A stretch of DNA of 64,000 bases from an uncultured Fibrobacterota bacterium. Lineage in GTDB: Bacteria > Fibrobacterota > Chitinivibrionia > Chitinivibrionales > FEN-1185. Made by a program: the position numbers and the translations under genes. This document shows, piece after piece, positions 37,531-47,719 of the stretch. Each line of letters begins with the position of its first letter. Position 1 is the stretch's first letter. Below the pieces are notes generated by a model, which saw only the letters and a program-made list of their open reading frames with translations, had not been told where the DNA came from and searched no databases. The stretch is taken from contig CAVWBU010000041.1 of NCBI GenBank assembly GCA_963753345.1, positions 192,001 to 256,000 of the forward strand, given 5' to 3'.

Positions 37531-38736
37531 TTACTCGATGATTTCCGCTACCACGCCGGACCCGACCGTCCTGCCGCCCTCGCGGACGGCAAATTTGAGT
37601 CCCTTTTCCATGGCGATCGGCGCAATGAGTTCCACCTCAAGCGTTGCGTTGTCGCCGGGCATGAGCATTTCCACACCCTGGGCAAGCGAAAGGTTTCCGG
37701 TCACGTCGGTGGTGCGGAAATAGAACTGCGGCCGATACCCGGTGAAAAACGGTGTGTGGCGTCCGCCTTCCTCTTTGGAAAGAACGTACACCTGCGCCTT
37801 GAATTTCTTGTGCGGCGTAATCGAGCCCGGCTTTGCAAGCACCATGCCGCGCACGATATCGTCCTTTTCCACGCCGCGCAACAGACAGCCGATGTTGTCG
37901 CCGGCTTCGGCGCGGTCGAGCAGCTTGCGGAACATTTCCACGCCCGTCACGACCACTTTGCGAGTGTCCTTGATTCCCACGATTTCCACTTCGTCCCCGA
38001 CCTTCACGGTGCCGCGTTCCACCCTGCCCGTGCCCACCGTGCCGCGGCCGGTGATGGAGAACACGTCCTCGATGGGCATGAGGAAGGGCTTGTCGGTCTC
38101 GCGCTTCGGCGTCGGAATATATTTGTCCACGGCCTCCAAAAGATCGAGGATGGGCTTTGTCTTTGAGGCATCTTCGGGATTCTGGAGCGCGGCCATGGCG
38201 CTTCCGCGGATGATGGGAATCGTGTCGCCCGGGAATTCGTACTTGGTGAGGAGTTCGCGAACTTCGAGCTCAACGAGCTCGAGAAGTTCCGGATCGTCAA
38301 CCACGTCGACCTTGTTGAGGAACACCACGATGTAGGGAACGCCCACCTGACGAGCAAGGAGAATGTGCTCGCGCGTCTGGGGCATGGGGCCGTCGGCCGC
38401 GCTCACCACGAGGATGGCGCCGTCCATCTGGGCCGCGCCCGTGATCATGTTCTTCACATAGTCTGCGTGGCCGGGGCAGTCGACATGAGCGTAGTGACGG
38501 TTCTCGGTCTCGTACTCCACATGCGACGTCGCAATGGTGAGGATTTTTGTTTCGTCGCGGCGTCCCTGGGATTCCGACGCCTTGGCAACTTCGTCGTACG
38601 AAACGTATTTCGCCAGACCCTTGGCGGACATCACGCGCGTAATCGCGGCCGTCAATGTGGTTTTACCATGGTCCACGTGGCCGATGGTTCCGACGTTCAC
38701 GTGCGGCTTTGTGCGTGAAAACTTTTCCTTTGCCAT
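37531..38736 (-). CDS. tuf: Elongation factor Tu (variant switch I)
   Basis: [29 protein letters not shown]. Confidence 0.98.
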   Translation of the reverse strand: MAKEKFSRTKPHVNVGTIGHVDHGKTTLTAAITRVMSAKGLAKYVSYDEVAKASESQGRRDETKILTIATSHVEYETENRHYAHVDCPGHADYVKNMITGAAQMDGAILVVSAADGPMPQTREHILLARQVGVPYIVVFLNKVDVVDDPELLELVELEVRELLTKYEFPGDTIPIIRGSAMAALQNPEDASKTKPILDLLEAVDKYIPTPKRETDKPFLMPIEDVFSITGRGTVGTGRVERGTVKVGDEVEIVGIKDTRKVVVTGVEMFRKLLDRAEAGDNIGCLLRGVEKDDIVRGMVLAKPGSITPHKKFKAQVYVLSKEEGGRHTPFFTGYRPQFYFRTTDVTGNLSLAQGVEMLMPGDNATLEVELIAPIAMEKGLKFAVREGGRTVGSGVVAEIIE

Positions 38737-38804
38737 TGAAGCTCCCCTTGATATTGTGAAAAGAACAGGTTGTTGGTTTTATCCAGACTCGTTCGTTTCC
38801 GAAA

Positions 38805-38878
38805 AGCCCACGACCGGGGTCGAACCGGTGAACCTCATCCTTACCAAGGATGTGCTCTACCAACTGAGCTACATGGGC
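38805..38878 (-). tRNA. tRNA-Thr (GGT)
   Basis: GCCCATGTAGCTCAGTTGGTAGAGC..CCTTGGTAAGG..GGTTCGACCC..GTGGGCT. Confidence 0.95.
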
Positions 38879-38891
38879 GACAAATTCCAAG

Positions 38892-38964
38892 AGCGGGCAA
38901 TGAGACTCGAACTCACAACAGCCACCTTGGAAGGGTGGAGCTCTACCAATTGAGCTATGCCCGC
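38892..38964 (-). tRNA. tRNA-Gly (TCC)
   Basis: GCGGGCATAGCTCAATTGGTAGAGC..CCTTCCAAGG..GTTCGAGT..GCCCGCT. Confidence 0.95.
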
Positions 38965-38974
38965 TTGAGGAAAT

Positions 38975-39057
38975 TGGGTAGGGATGGTTTCGAACCACCG
39001 CAGGCGTCAGCCAATGGATTTACAGTCCATCCCCTTTAACCACTCGGGCACCTACCC
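38975..39057 (-). tRNA. tRNA-Tyr (GTA)
   Basis: GGGTAGGTGCCCGAGTGG..GACTGTAAATCC, long variable arm, GTTCGAA..CCTACCCA. Confidence 0.95.
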
Positions 39058-39090
39058 AGTATCTTGCTAAATCGTAATACCGCTCTCGAA

Positions 39091-39166
39091 TGGAGCCGAT
39101 GGAGGGACTCAAACCCCCGACCATCCGATTACAAGTCGGATGCTCTATCAGCTGAGCTACATCGGC
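39091..39166 (-). tRNA. tRNA-Thr (TGT)
   Basis: GCCGATGTAGCTCAGCTGATAGAGC..GACTTGTAATC..GGTTTGAGTCC..ATCGGCTCCA. Confidence 0.92.
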
Positions 39167-39224
39167 GTTTTGGCGCAAAAAAGTTTTCTAAATATACTAT
39201 ATGTTGATAATCAAAGCCAAAGGA

Positions 39225-39815
39225 TTATAGTTTTTTTACGATCGTATCGATAAGGCCGTATTTGACCGCTTCTTCGGACGACATGAAGTAGTCCCTGTCG
39301 GTGTCTTCTTCGATCTTCTTGAGGGGCTGGCCTGAGTGGTCGGCAAGGATCTGGTTGAGCTGATCGCGCACCTTGAGCATCTCCTCGGCCTGGATCTTGA
39401 TCTCCGAGGCAGGGCCGAAGAAATTGCCCGCGATGAGAGGCTGATGGATCATGATCCTCGCGTTCTCCCAGCTCTGGCGCTTTCCTTTTGCGCCCGCGCA
39501 CAGCACCACCGCTCCCATGCTCGCCGCCAGGCCCATGCACACCGTTCTGATATCGGACTTGGCATACTGCATGACGTCGTAGATTGCGAGCCCGGAGCTT
39601 ATCATGCCGCCCGGGCTGTTGATGAACAGTGTGATGTCCTCGCTGTTCTGGCCGTCGAAGTAGATGATCTTCTGGACCACCGACGCCGCAGACTCGTCGT
39701 TGATTTCTCCCCACAGAAAGATCTCCCGGCGTTTGAGCATCTGCTCTTCGATGTCGCTGCCGACCACCATTTTCCTGAGTTCATCGGCCAGGGAATTTAC
39801 TTTTGCATTCATCAT
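39225..39815 (-). CDS. clpP: ATP-dependent Clp protease proteolytic subunit
   Basis: INSPGG, AASMG (Ser), MIHQP (His), DTDRD (Asp). Confidence 0.95.
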   Translation of the reverse strand: MMNAKVNSLADELRKMVVGSDIEEQMLKRREIFLWGEINDESAASVVQKIIYFDGQNSEDITLFINSPGGMISSGLAIYDVMQYAKSDIRTVCMGLAASMGAVVLCAGAKGKRQSWENARIMIHQPLIAGNFFGPASEIKIQAEEMLKVRDQLNQILADHSGQPLKKIEEDTDRDYFMSSEEAVKYGLIDTIVKKL

Positions 39816-39839
39816 GGTTGATCTCCTGTTTCGAACCTT

Positions 39840-41321
39840 TTATGAGTGAGCGCCGATCCGGCATTCCGCAACGCCGCCCGGCAGGTCTTTTATCGCCACG
39901 CCCATGCCCAACAATTCCTTGCGGATGGAATCCGCTTTGTCAAAGGTCTTATTCTTCCGGGCCTCCGTGCGCTGCGCCATGAGCGCAGCGATCTGCTCCA
40001 CGAGCGACTCCTGCGGCGCCGTCTGCGAAACGATCCTCAGCCGCACGCCGTTCTTTTCGATTTCGGAAACGGCCTCCTGCGTACGGTCGTCCTTGAGCAG
40101 ATCGAGGCCGAGCACGGCATCGGCGCGCTCGACCGCACTGTATTTCTCCTCGGCGCCGACGGCAGGGTCTTTCAGCAGCGTCCACAGGTGCGCGCAGGCG
40201 ACCGGTATGTTCATGTCGTCGCAAAGCGCGTCGTAGAAGGGCGCGAGAATCCGGTCCAGCGCCTCGCTGGACACGGCATCAGCCGACGGTGGCTTCCTGG
40301 TTTCGGCAAAAATCAGTTTCTTCAGGTTCGCAAGGCCATGTCCGGCGGCCTTGAGCCCTTCCCACGAGAACATGAGGGGGCTACGGTAATGCGCAGAATA
40401 GCAGAACATCCGGTACGCAAGCGGCGATATCCCGGCTTCCTTGACAGAGTCCAATGTGAGAAAATCGCCGGAAGACTTTGCCATTTTTCCCTTGTCGAGC
40501 ACCAGGAATTCACCGTGCAGCCAGTATCGCACGAATGGGTTTCCCGTGGCTGCTTCAGCCTGCGCAATTTCGTTGGTGTGGTGCACGCGCACGTGGTCCT
40601 GGCCGCCGCAGTGGATGTCGAGCGGCTGCGGGCAATAGGCAAGCGACATGGCGCTGCACTCGATGTGCCAGCCCGGAAACCCCTTTCCCCACGGGCTGTC
40701 CCATTCCATCTGCCGCTGTTTGTCTTTGGGTGAAAACTTCCACAGCGCGAAATCGGTCGGGCTCTTCTTTTCTCCCATGTCAACCCGGCTGCCCGCTTGC
40801 AAATTCTCGATGTCGAGTCTTGCGAAATCGGCGTAGGCAGGGAATTTGGCGGTGTCGAAATAAATGCCGTCGCCCGTCCTGTAAGTAAACCTCTTCTTCT
40901 CGAGCGCCTTCACCATTGCTATCATCTGGGCGATGTGGTCGGTTGCCTTGGGCCAGAGATCGGGATCGAGGATATTGAGGTCTTTGATGTTCTGTTTGAA
41001 GACTTTTGTGTAGTGGTCGGCGATCTCCCAGACGGTTTTCCCCTCCCGGGTCGCCCCTTTTTCCATTTTATCTTCGCCTGAATCTGCGTCGGAAGTGAGA
41101 TGCCCCACGTCGGTGATGTTGACAATATGCTTTACCTTGTACCCGAGCGCAATCAGCAGCCGTTTGAGCACGTCCTCAAAAATATAGGTGCGGAGGTTGC
41201 CGATGTGTGCGTAATTGTACACCGTGGGGCCGCAGCAGTACATGCAGACAGGGTCGTGCAGCGGCACGAACTCCTCTTTGGTGCGCGAGGCGGTGTTGTA
41301 TAGAAAAAGTCTGGGCTGCAT
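39840..41321 (-). CDS. cysS: Cysteine--tRNA ligase
   Basis: [28 protein letters not shown]. Confidence 0.97.
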   Translation of the reverse strand: MQPRLFLYNTASRTKEEFVPLHDPVCMYCCGPTVYNYAHIGNLRTYIFEDVLKRLLIALGYKVKHIVNITDVGHLTSDADSGEDKMEKGATREGKTVWEIADHYTKVFKQNIKDLNILDPDLWPKATDHIAQMIAMVKALEKKRFTYRTGDGIYFDTAKFPAYADFARLDIENLQAGSRVDMGEKKSPTDFALWKFSPKDKQRQMEWDSPWGKGFPGWHIECSAMSLAYCPQPLDIHCGGQDHVRVHHTNEIAQAEAATGNPFVRYWLHGEFLVLDKGKMAKSSGDFLTLDSVKEAGISPLAYRMFCYSAHYRSPLMFSWEGLKAAGHGLANLKKLIFAETRKPPSADAVSSEALDRILAPFYDALCDDMNIPVACAHLWTLLKDPAVGAEEKYSAVERADAVLGLDLLKDDRTQEAVSEIEKNGVRLRIVSQTAPQESLVEQIAALMAQRTEARKNKTFDKADSIRKELLGMGVAIKDLPGGVAECRIGAHS

Positions 41322-41334
41322 AATTTCCTGTTAG

Positions 41335-41457
41335 GAAGTTAAAAGTTGAATGTTGGATGTTGAAAGCTGGACCAGCAGAACATTCCCATATTCCGATCCG
41401 CCATCCGCGCCATGTTCCTTCCTGCTTTCAACTTTCAACTTTTAACTTGCAACTTTA
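41335..41457. repeat. Inverted heptamer arrays (GAAAGTT-like / AACTTTC-like)
   Basis: About five units per arm between cysS and purM; the right arm contains the purM stop. Confidence 0.7.
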
Positions 41458-42495
41458 AAACGTAAGCTTCACTTTTCCATTTCCCGCTACGACAGTTCCC
41501 ACTACTCTGGGTTCGAATTTCGAAATCTCTTTTGCCCGTAAAACCTTGTCCGCGTCGGCAGGCCTTACCGCAAGCACCATTCCGATGCCCATGTTGAACG
41601 TCCGGTACATCTCGTGATTTTCCACGCCGCCCTGTTTCTGCATCCACGTGAAAATCGCGTCGGGCGTCCATGTCCTGCAATCGATCGCGGCATCGCAGGA
41701 TGTCGGCAGAATACGGTCGACGTTGTCGGTGAATCCGCCTCCGGTGATATGCGCGCACCCGCGAATGAGGCCGCGTCTCATAAGCGAAAGCACCGGGGAA
41801 TACGGCCGGTGCGGCCGCAGGAGCTCTTCGCCGAACGTGCGGCCCGTTTCCGCGAACACGTCGAAATACGATTTCTTCGCGACGTCCTTGACGATTTTCC
41901 GCGCAAGGCTGTAGCCGTTGGTGTGCAGGCCGTTGGACGTGAGCCCGATAAGCACATCGTCTCTCTTTATTTTGCTCCCGTCAATCACGTCCTTTTCGTC
42001 AACAACACCCACGATGGTTCCCGCGATGTCGTAATCGCCCGCCTGATACATGCCCGGCATTTCGGCCGTTTCCCCGCCGATGAGCACGCAGCCGGCGGCC
42101 CGGCAGGCTTTGGTGAGGCCCGAAAGCACCTTGACAAACACGTCAGGCTCGAGTTTCCCCGTGGCGATGTAGTCGAGAAAGTACAGCGGCTTTGCGCCGA
42201 GAACGAGGATGTCGTTGATGCAGTGGTTGACAATGTCCATGCCCACGGTGTGGTGGATGCCGGTCTCGGCCGCGACCTTGAGCTTGGTCCCGACCCCGTC
42301 AACCGAGGACACAAGAATGGGCCGCTTGTAGCTTTTGAGCGACGCGATGGAAAACATTCCGCCGAAGTGGCCGAATTTGCCCACCACGTTCTTGTTGAAC
42401 GTTGATTCGACAAGCTTTCCGATGCGCTTTCGCGCGGCGTTCCACACGGGAATGTTGACGCCCGCATCGGCATAACTGAGGGACGTGGATGCCAT
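41455..42495 (-). CDS. purM: Phosphoribosylformylglycinamidine cyclo-ligase
   Basis: DGVGTKL, GGETAEMPG, GLHTNGYSL, AHITGGG, TFNMGIG. Confidence 0.97.
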   Translation of the reverse strand: MASTSLSYADAGVNIPVWNAARKRIGKLVESTFNKNVVGKFGHFGGMFSIASLKSYKRPILVSSVDGVGTKLKVAAETGIHHTVGMDIVNHCINDILVLGAKPLYFLDYIATGKLEPDVFVKVLSGLTKACRAAGCVLIGGETAEMPGMYQAGDYDIAGTIVGVVDEKDVIDGSKIKRDDVLIGLTSNGLHTNGYSLARKIVKDVAKKSYFDVFAETGRTFGEELLRPHRPYSPVLSLMRRGLIRGCAHITGGGFTDNVDRILPTSCDAAIDCRTWTPDAIFTWMQKQGGVENHEMYRTFNMGIGMVLAVRPADADKVLRAKEISKFEPRVVGTVVAGNGKVKLTF

Positions 42496-42653
42496 AGTAG
42501 GTTCTCTGGTCTGGAAAATTGTTGGACAAAGGCCTGGCTTCCGCCTTTGTGATTCGACCGCATATTTGCAGGGGGCAAAACGAAAAAAAACTTAAGACAG
42601 CGTTATCCCCGGATTTACGGGCCGCCCCACCGGGGGTCATCGCAAGGCGCTAT

Positions 42654-42682
42654 AAAATAGGTCTGGCAGCAAACGAAGTCAA
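42654..42682 (-). promoter_or_regulatory. Putative sigma70 promoter for purM-cysS-clpP
   Basis: TTGACT-17 bp-TATTTT. Confidence 0.55.
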
Positions 42683-42761
42683 CCGCCTGGTGCAGTTGGC
42701 GCAAACTCGGCGGGGTCAGGAATCGGCCGTGCGGAAGACAGGCGCGGAACGCGAGCGCGCT

Positions 42762-43106
42762 TCACTGCGCGCGCGTGTAATACACCGTTACGCCTTCTTC
42801 AATACTCTGCGCGCCCATCCTCACCTTGAAAATGGCAGCATACGAATTTGGATTGTCGGGAATAGGGATATGTCCCCCGAAATGGCCCGTGTCGTCAACC
42901 GTGAAAAGAATGCCGGTGTCCGCTTCGGTCTCAGAAACATGTACTACGGCGCCCACGGTGGTGAGTCCTTCGATGGGGATGGACGTCGTGTGAACGGTGT
43001 CGCCGTCGCGCGGCTGCAGAATTGTCAGGAAAAGCCTAGAACCATTGTTGGGAGCGCAGGTCATCAGAACCGCAAAAAGAGCAAGTGCACATTTTCTCAT
43101 ATTCAT
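42762..43106 (-). CDS. Small lipoprotein-like protein, probable Ig-like fold
   Basis: Signal peptide ending VLMTC; LTILQPRDGDTV..IEGLT..GAVV..VDDTGHF. Confidence 0.6.
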   Translation of the reverse strand: MNMRKCALALFAVLMTCAPNNGSRLFLTILQPRDGDTVHTTSIPIEGLTTVGAVVHVSETEADTGILFTVDDTGHFGGHIPIPDNPNSYAAIFKVRMGAQSIEEGVTVYYTRAQ

Positions 43107-43269
43107 GCTCTGTCTCCTTTGGTGATAAACCGGCCGTGTGATTTACTGGAAAGATATACTACCCGCGGCGGGAAATCAAGAAACGATGATGTCCGGTGAC
43201 TGGGTTGCAGGACAATGCAATTTGTCAATAATCCCCGCGCTGTCAATCCGCGGTAAGAAATCCGAAATC

Positions 43270-44946
43270 CTAGTCAAATTCCCGGTACTCAATCTCGTAG
43301 GAATACCCCTGCTCGGTGAGAAACAGCTGTCTGTTCATCGCGAAATCGAGTTCTCTGGATTCGCGCGTGACAATTGAATAGAACACTGCCTGTTCTCCCG
43401 GCTTCTTGGGCCGCAGGATGCGGCCCAGGCGCTGGGCCTCCTCCTGCCGCGAGCCGAACGAACCGGAAATCTGGATGGCCACGTTCGCGTCGGGCAGGTC
43501 CACGGCGAAATTTCCCACTCTGGAAAGAATAAGGACGCGTATCTCGCCGGTGCGAAACTTTGCGTACAGCTCGTCGCGCCGGTCGTTGGGCGTTGCGCCC
43601 GTGATCACGGGCACGGAAAACTGCGCCGCGAATTCGTGGAGCTGCGAAAGATACTGGCCCATGATGAGCACCTGGTCATCCTTGTGCCTCTGCAAAAGTT
43701 CCTTGGCAACAGGGACCTTGCGGGTGTTCTCGTAGGCGAGGCGGATTTGTTCGCGGGGGCTCATGCCGAAGTACCTAAGCTTGTCGTCATGGGGCAGGTC
43801 CACGCGGATCTCAACGCACCGCGCCGTGGCGATCCATCCCTGGCGTTCAAGGTCTTTCCATGGTACATCGAACTTTTTAGGACCGATAAGCGTGAACACG
43901 TCGTTTTCGTGCCCATCCTCGCGGATGAGCGTCGCGGTGAGCCCGAGCCTTCGCCGCGCCTGTATCTCGGCCGTGAACTTGAACACCGGCGCCGGAAGCA
44001 GGTGCACCTCGTCGTAGATGATGAGTCCCCAGTTCTGCGAATTGAAAATGCCGTAGTGGACAAAGGGGTCGGTTTTCTTTTTGCGGTAGGTAAGGATCTG
44101 ATAGGTGGCCAGCGTGACCGGCCTGATGTCCTTGGATTCGCCCGAGTACTCGCCGATCGCCTCTGCAGGGATATCTGTTTTGTCAAGAAGCTCCCGTTTC
44201 CACTGGCGGGCCGCGGTCACACTCGTGACAAGAATGAGCGTTCTTCGGCGCAGCAGCGACATTACATACATTCCCACAATGGTCTTGCCCGCGCCGCACG
44301 GCAGCACCACCACCCCGCTGCCTCCCGGCATCTGGGGGTTGCCAACATAGCTCTCTGCGGCCTGAACCTGGTATTCCCTTATTGTAAACTGTGCCCCGCT
44401 CAAACATTCTTTTCTAAGGGCGAGCGTGAATGGGTCGCCGTCCACGTACCCTGCAATGTCGTGAACCGGGAACCCCAGAGAAATGAGAACCTGCTTGATG
44501 ACCCCGCGGTTCTGCTCCGGCACGAGGAAGCGGTTCTCGTCGATGCGCTCGCCCAGCAGGCCGGCAAGTCTGGCGTTGCGGCTGAGGTGATGGAGCATGC
44601 CGGTATCGGAGCAGCGCAGCGCAAGCCCGGCCTCGTGGTTCTCGAGCACGAGTTTGCCGAACCTTCCCATGAGTTCGGCTATCCCTTCAGGGACGTTTTT
44701 CGGGAGGTCGTACTTTGAGAATTTTTCCAGGTTCGCCACCACGTCCGCGGGCGTCATGCCCAGTGCCGCGGCGTTCCACAGCGACAGCGGCGTGATGGCA
44801 TAGGTGTGAATATGCTCCGGACTTTTTTCCAGGTGCGCGAACATGGTGACCGCGTCTCTCGCATCTGCAAAGAGCGGGCTGTTCACTTCGAGGAGAAGCG
44901 AGCTGTTGCTCTGGACAATAAGGGGATTGGCAAGGTTTATCGGCAC
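43270..44946 (-). CDS. XPB/Rad25-like SF2 DNA helicase
   Basis: LPCGAGKT, DEVH, LGLTATLIREDG (RED motif), QRLGRILR. Confidence 0.93.
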   Translation of the reverse strand: MPINLANPLIVQSNSSLLLEVNSPLFADARDAVTMFAHLEKSPEHIHTYAITPLSLWNAAALGMTPADVVANLEKFSKYDLPKNVPEGIAELMGRFGKLVLENHEAGLALRCSDTGMLHHLSRNARLAGLLGERIDENRFLVPEQNRGVIKQVLISLGFPVHDIAGYVDGDPFTLALRKECLSGAQFTIREYQVQAAESYVGNPQMPGGSGVVVLPCGAGKTIVGMYVMSLLRRRTLILVTSVTAARQWKRELLDKTDIPAEAIGEYSGESKDIRPVTLATYQILTYRKKKTDPFVHYGIFNSQNWGLIIYDEVHLLPAPVFKFTAEIQARRRLGLTATLIREDGHENDVFTLIGPKKFDVPWKDLERQGWIATARCVEIRVDLPHDDKLRYFGMSPREQIRLAYENTRKVPVAKELLQRHKDDQVLIMGQYLSQLHEFAAQFSVPVITGATPNDRRDELYAKFRTGEIRVLILSRVGNFAVDLPDANVAIQISGSFGSRQEEAQRLGRILRPKKPGEQAVFYSIVTRESRELDFAMNRQLFLTEQGYSYEIEYREFD

Positions 44947-45224
44947 AATCTTTCCAGGTTTTTCTGCGCGAATAGCGCAAGACTTCGGAAAATAACCTAT
45001 GCCGGGAATTTTATAAACCTCTATTAGTCATGTTTTCATATTTTTCGGGGGAGAAGTATCTCCCCCGGCCTCGGCCCTACGGTCCTCGGCACTCCCCTCT
45101 CCAGGGTGCACCCCAAGTAGAAACAGTTGCAAAACCAGACAACTGTGTGGGGGCACCCACGAAGAGCAGTTGAAAAGTTGAAAATTTCAGGGGAAGCCAT
45201 GGGTTATTTATTTAGGTCACCGAT

Positions 45225-45420
45225 TGGCGCGAGAATAATATTCTTGACTGAATAGAATCCATCTGCCGCTGCGTTAGGGGGACCGGAGGGTGAGCTGAAG
45301 CGAATTGCCGCCTGACCACGGCCCGCAGGGCCCTCGTGGCAGGCGGCAACGAGGCGAATAGCCGAGCCCGTAGGGAGACCGACCCGCCCCTCGTTTTTTA
45401 TGAGGGGCGGGGAACGCCCA
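45225..45420. repeat. Structured ~190-nt dispersed repeat, copy 1 (candidate ncRNA/MITE)
   Basis: Shares ordered motifs and hairpin geometry with 50675-50858. Confidence 0.7.
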
Positions 45421-45493
45421 TTTTCTCCTGCATACTATCAAGTGGTGTCCCCACCAAGAATTTCATTAATTATTATTGGCTCTTGTCGTACCA

Positions 45494-45522
45494 TTGACTA
45501 TTGATTTTACAATTAGTAATTT
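45494..45522 (+). promoter_or_regulatory. Putative sigma70 promoter for purA
   Basis: TTGACT-17 bp-TAATTT. Confidence 0.5.
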
Positions 45523-45615
45523 ATAAACGAATCTTTTTTGGCGACACATTGTGGCGAACAAACATATGCCGCTTCATTTCCAAAGCGGTATTTTGTTTTT
45601 TGGGGGGATTCCATC

Positions 45616-46902
45616 ATGCCAAACGCAGTTGTGGTCGGCACGCAGTGGGGCGACGAGGGCAAGGCAAAAGTCATCGACTACCTTGCGAGGCAGAGCGACA
45701 TCGTCATCCGTTTTCACGGCGGCGCAAACGCGGGCCATACCGTTATTGCCGACGGGAAGAAGTTCGTTTTCCACATGGTCCCCTCGGGCATCATGTACCC
45801 GGGCAAGACCTGTGTGGTGTCCAACGGCGTGGTGTTCGACATCGAACAATTCCTCAGGGAAATCGACGAGCTGCTTGCCAAGAACGTGCAGGTGGAGGGA
45901 AGGCTTTTCGTTTCCGACCTCGCCCATCTCGTGATGCCTTATCACAAGCTCCAGGACAGCGCCAGCGAAACGGCAATGGGTTCGCAGAAGATCGGCACCA
46001 CCGGCCGCGGCATCGGGCCGGCCTACGCGGACAAGGCGATGCGCACCGGGCTGCGGGTCGGCGACCTTGTCGACGGGGAATCCTTTGCGGCAAAGCTTGC
46101 AAAGACTTTTGAGAGCAAGAAGCAGCTTCTCTCATTTTATAAGCAGCCTTTCACCCTGGACCTCGACCAGATGACCGAAACCTACCGCGGGTTCCGGAGG
46201 CGGATGCTCCCGTTTATCGCGGACACCGGCGACCTGCTTTACAAAGCGGTGCAAGGCGGCAAGAGCCTGCTGTTCGAGGGCGCGCAGGGCACGTTTCTCG
46301 ACATCGACCACGGCACCTACCCGTTCGTCACGTCGTCGAACACGGTCGCCGGCGCGGCATGCACGGGCGCCGGTGTCGGCCCGTCGCTTGTCAACCACGT
46401 GATCGGCATCGTAAAGGCCTACACCACGCGCGTAGGGAACGGTCCGTTCCCCACCGAGATTCCGGGCGACCTCGGCGAACGCATCCGGACCATGGGCGGC
46501 GAATTCGGCGCGACAACGGGACGGCCGCGGCGCTGCGGCTGGTTCGACAGCGTGCTCCTGCGGCGTTCCGCCCAGTTAAACGGCCTCACCCGGCTGGCGC
46601 TCACCAAGCTCGACGTTCTGAGCGGCCTTGACGAAATACAAATCTGCACGCATTATGAAGTGGACGGGAAAAGGGTCGATTTGTTCCCTACCTCTTTGGA
46701 CGCCGTCCAGAAGGCCGTCCCGGCGTACGTAACCATGCCGGGATGGAAGACTGATCTCTCGAAATGCAAACATCTCACCGACCTGCCCGACAAAGCGCTC
46801 GCATACGTCAAGAAGCTGCAGTCGGTCTGCTACAACATTCCGCTGCTGCTGGTGTCGGTGGGACCCGAGAGGATCCAGACGATCGAGGTGGAAGCGCTGT
46901 AG
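45616..46902 (+). CDS. purA: Adenylosuccinate synthetase
   Basis: QWGDEGK, GANAGHT, GTTGRGIGPAY, EFGATTGRPRRCGW. Confidence 0.97.
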   Translation: MPNAVVVGTQWGDEGKAKVIDYLARQSDIVIRFHGGANAGHTVIADGKKFVFHMVPSGIMYPGKTCVVSNGVVFDIEQFLREIDELLAKNVQVEGRLFVSDLAHLVMPYHKLQDSASETAMGSQKIGTTGRGIGPAYADKAMRTGLRVGDLVDGESFAAKLAKTFESKKQLLSFYKQPFTLDLDQMTETYRGFRRRMLPFIADTGDLLYKAVQGGKSLLFEGAQGTFLDIDHGTYPFVTSSNTVAGAACTGAGVGPSLVNHVIGIVKAYTTRVGNGPFPTEIPGDLGERIRTMGGEFGATTGRPRRCGWFDSVLLRRSAQLNGLTRLALTKLDVLSGLDEIQICTHYEVDGKRVDLFPTSLDAVQKAVPAYVTMPGWKTDLSKCKHLTDLPDKALAYVKKLQSVCYNIPLLLVSVGPERIQTIEVEAL

Positions 46903-46918
46903 GAAAAGGGAGATTCCC

Positions 46919-47647
46919 TTGCGTCTCAAGCTCCTTGCCTGCGAGGTCTTCACCCGCGAAATCGGCCTCTGCTTGGCGGAAGTACCGCATACCGTCGATG
47001 TCGAGTTCACCGCAATTGATTCGCACGACAGCCCCGACGCTTTGCGACAGTCGCTGCAGGCCGCGATTGACAAGGCGGAAGCATCCGGCCGCGACTGCGA
47101 CGCGGTCCTGCTGTGCTACGGCCTGTGCGGAAACGCAACCGTGGGGCTTGTCGCAAGATCCGCGCAGCTCGTTATTCCCCGCGCGCACGACTGCTGCACC
47201 ATTCTCCTCGGTTCGAAGAGGCTCTTTAGGCAGCATTTTGGGGCGTGTCCGAGCCAGTCGTTCTGCTCGCGCGGGCACATCGAGCGCGGCTCGCGAGCGC
47301 ACGTTCATCACGCGTGGATGCTGTCGGCCGGGAAGCGGCGGGAACTGCTGGCGAGGCTTTACGGAGAAGAAAATGCGGACGATCTCGCGAAAGCCATGGC
47401 CGGGCCCGATACCGGGCGGCTTGTCTATGTCAACGTGAAACCCACCGAGAGCAGGGAATGTATTGACGCATGCGGAAAAACAGCTGCCGATGAGAACCGG
47501 GAGTTTGTACAGCTTGACGGAAGCCTCGCACTTATTCGCAACCTTATTTCGGGCAATTGGTACCCTGATGATTTTCTTGTTGTAAACCCCGGTTGCAGGA
47601 TTTCCGGCGTTTACGACTGGGACCGTGTGATGGAAGCCGCTGAGTGA
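46919..47647 (+). CDS. DUF1638-family protein
   Basis: LACEV, H..PDALR..LQ, YGLCGN, PRAHDCCTILLGS. Confidence 0.75.
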   Translation: MRLKLLACEVFTREIGLCLAEVPHTVDVEFTAIDSHDSPDALRQSLQAAIDKAEASGRDCDAVLLCYGLCGNATVGLVARSAQLVIPRAHDCCTILLGSKRLFRQHFGACPSQSFCSRGHIERGSRAHVHHAWMLSAGKRRELLARLYGEENADDLAKAMAGPDTGRLVYVNVKPTESRECIDACGKTAADENREFVQLDGSLALIRNLISGNWYPDDFLVVNPGCRISGVYDWDRVMEAAE

Positions 47648-47719
47648 TGGGCTGCATCAGCGCAATCAGCGGTGATTGACGGAAGGCAATCCCCTCCTTG
47701 ATTGATCCTTCTGCCGAGA

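Noticed and set aside
42700-42760. Possible SRP RNA (TCAGG...GGAAG)
   Set aside because: Lacks the GGAAGCAGC domain IV pairing and the long flanking stem.
45616-45740. PurA P-loop variant GDEGKAK
   Set aside because: All other catalytic motifs are intact; probably a lineage polymorphism.
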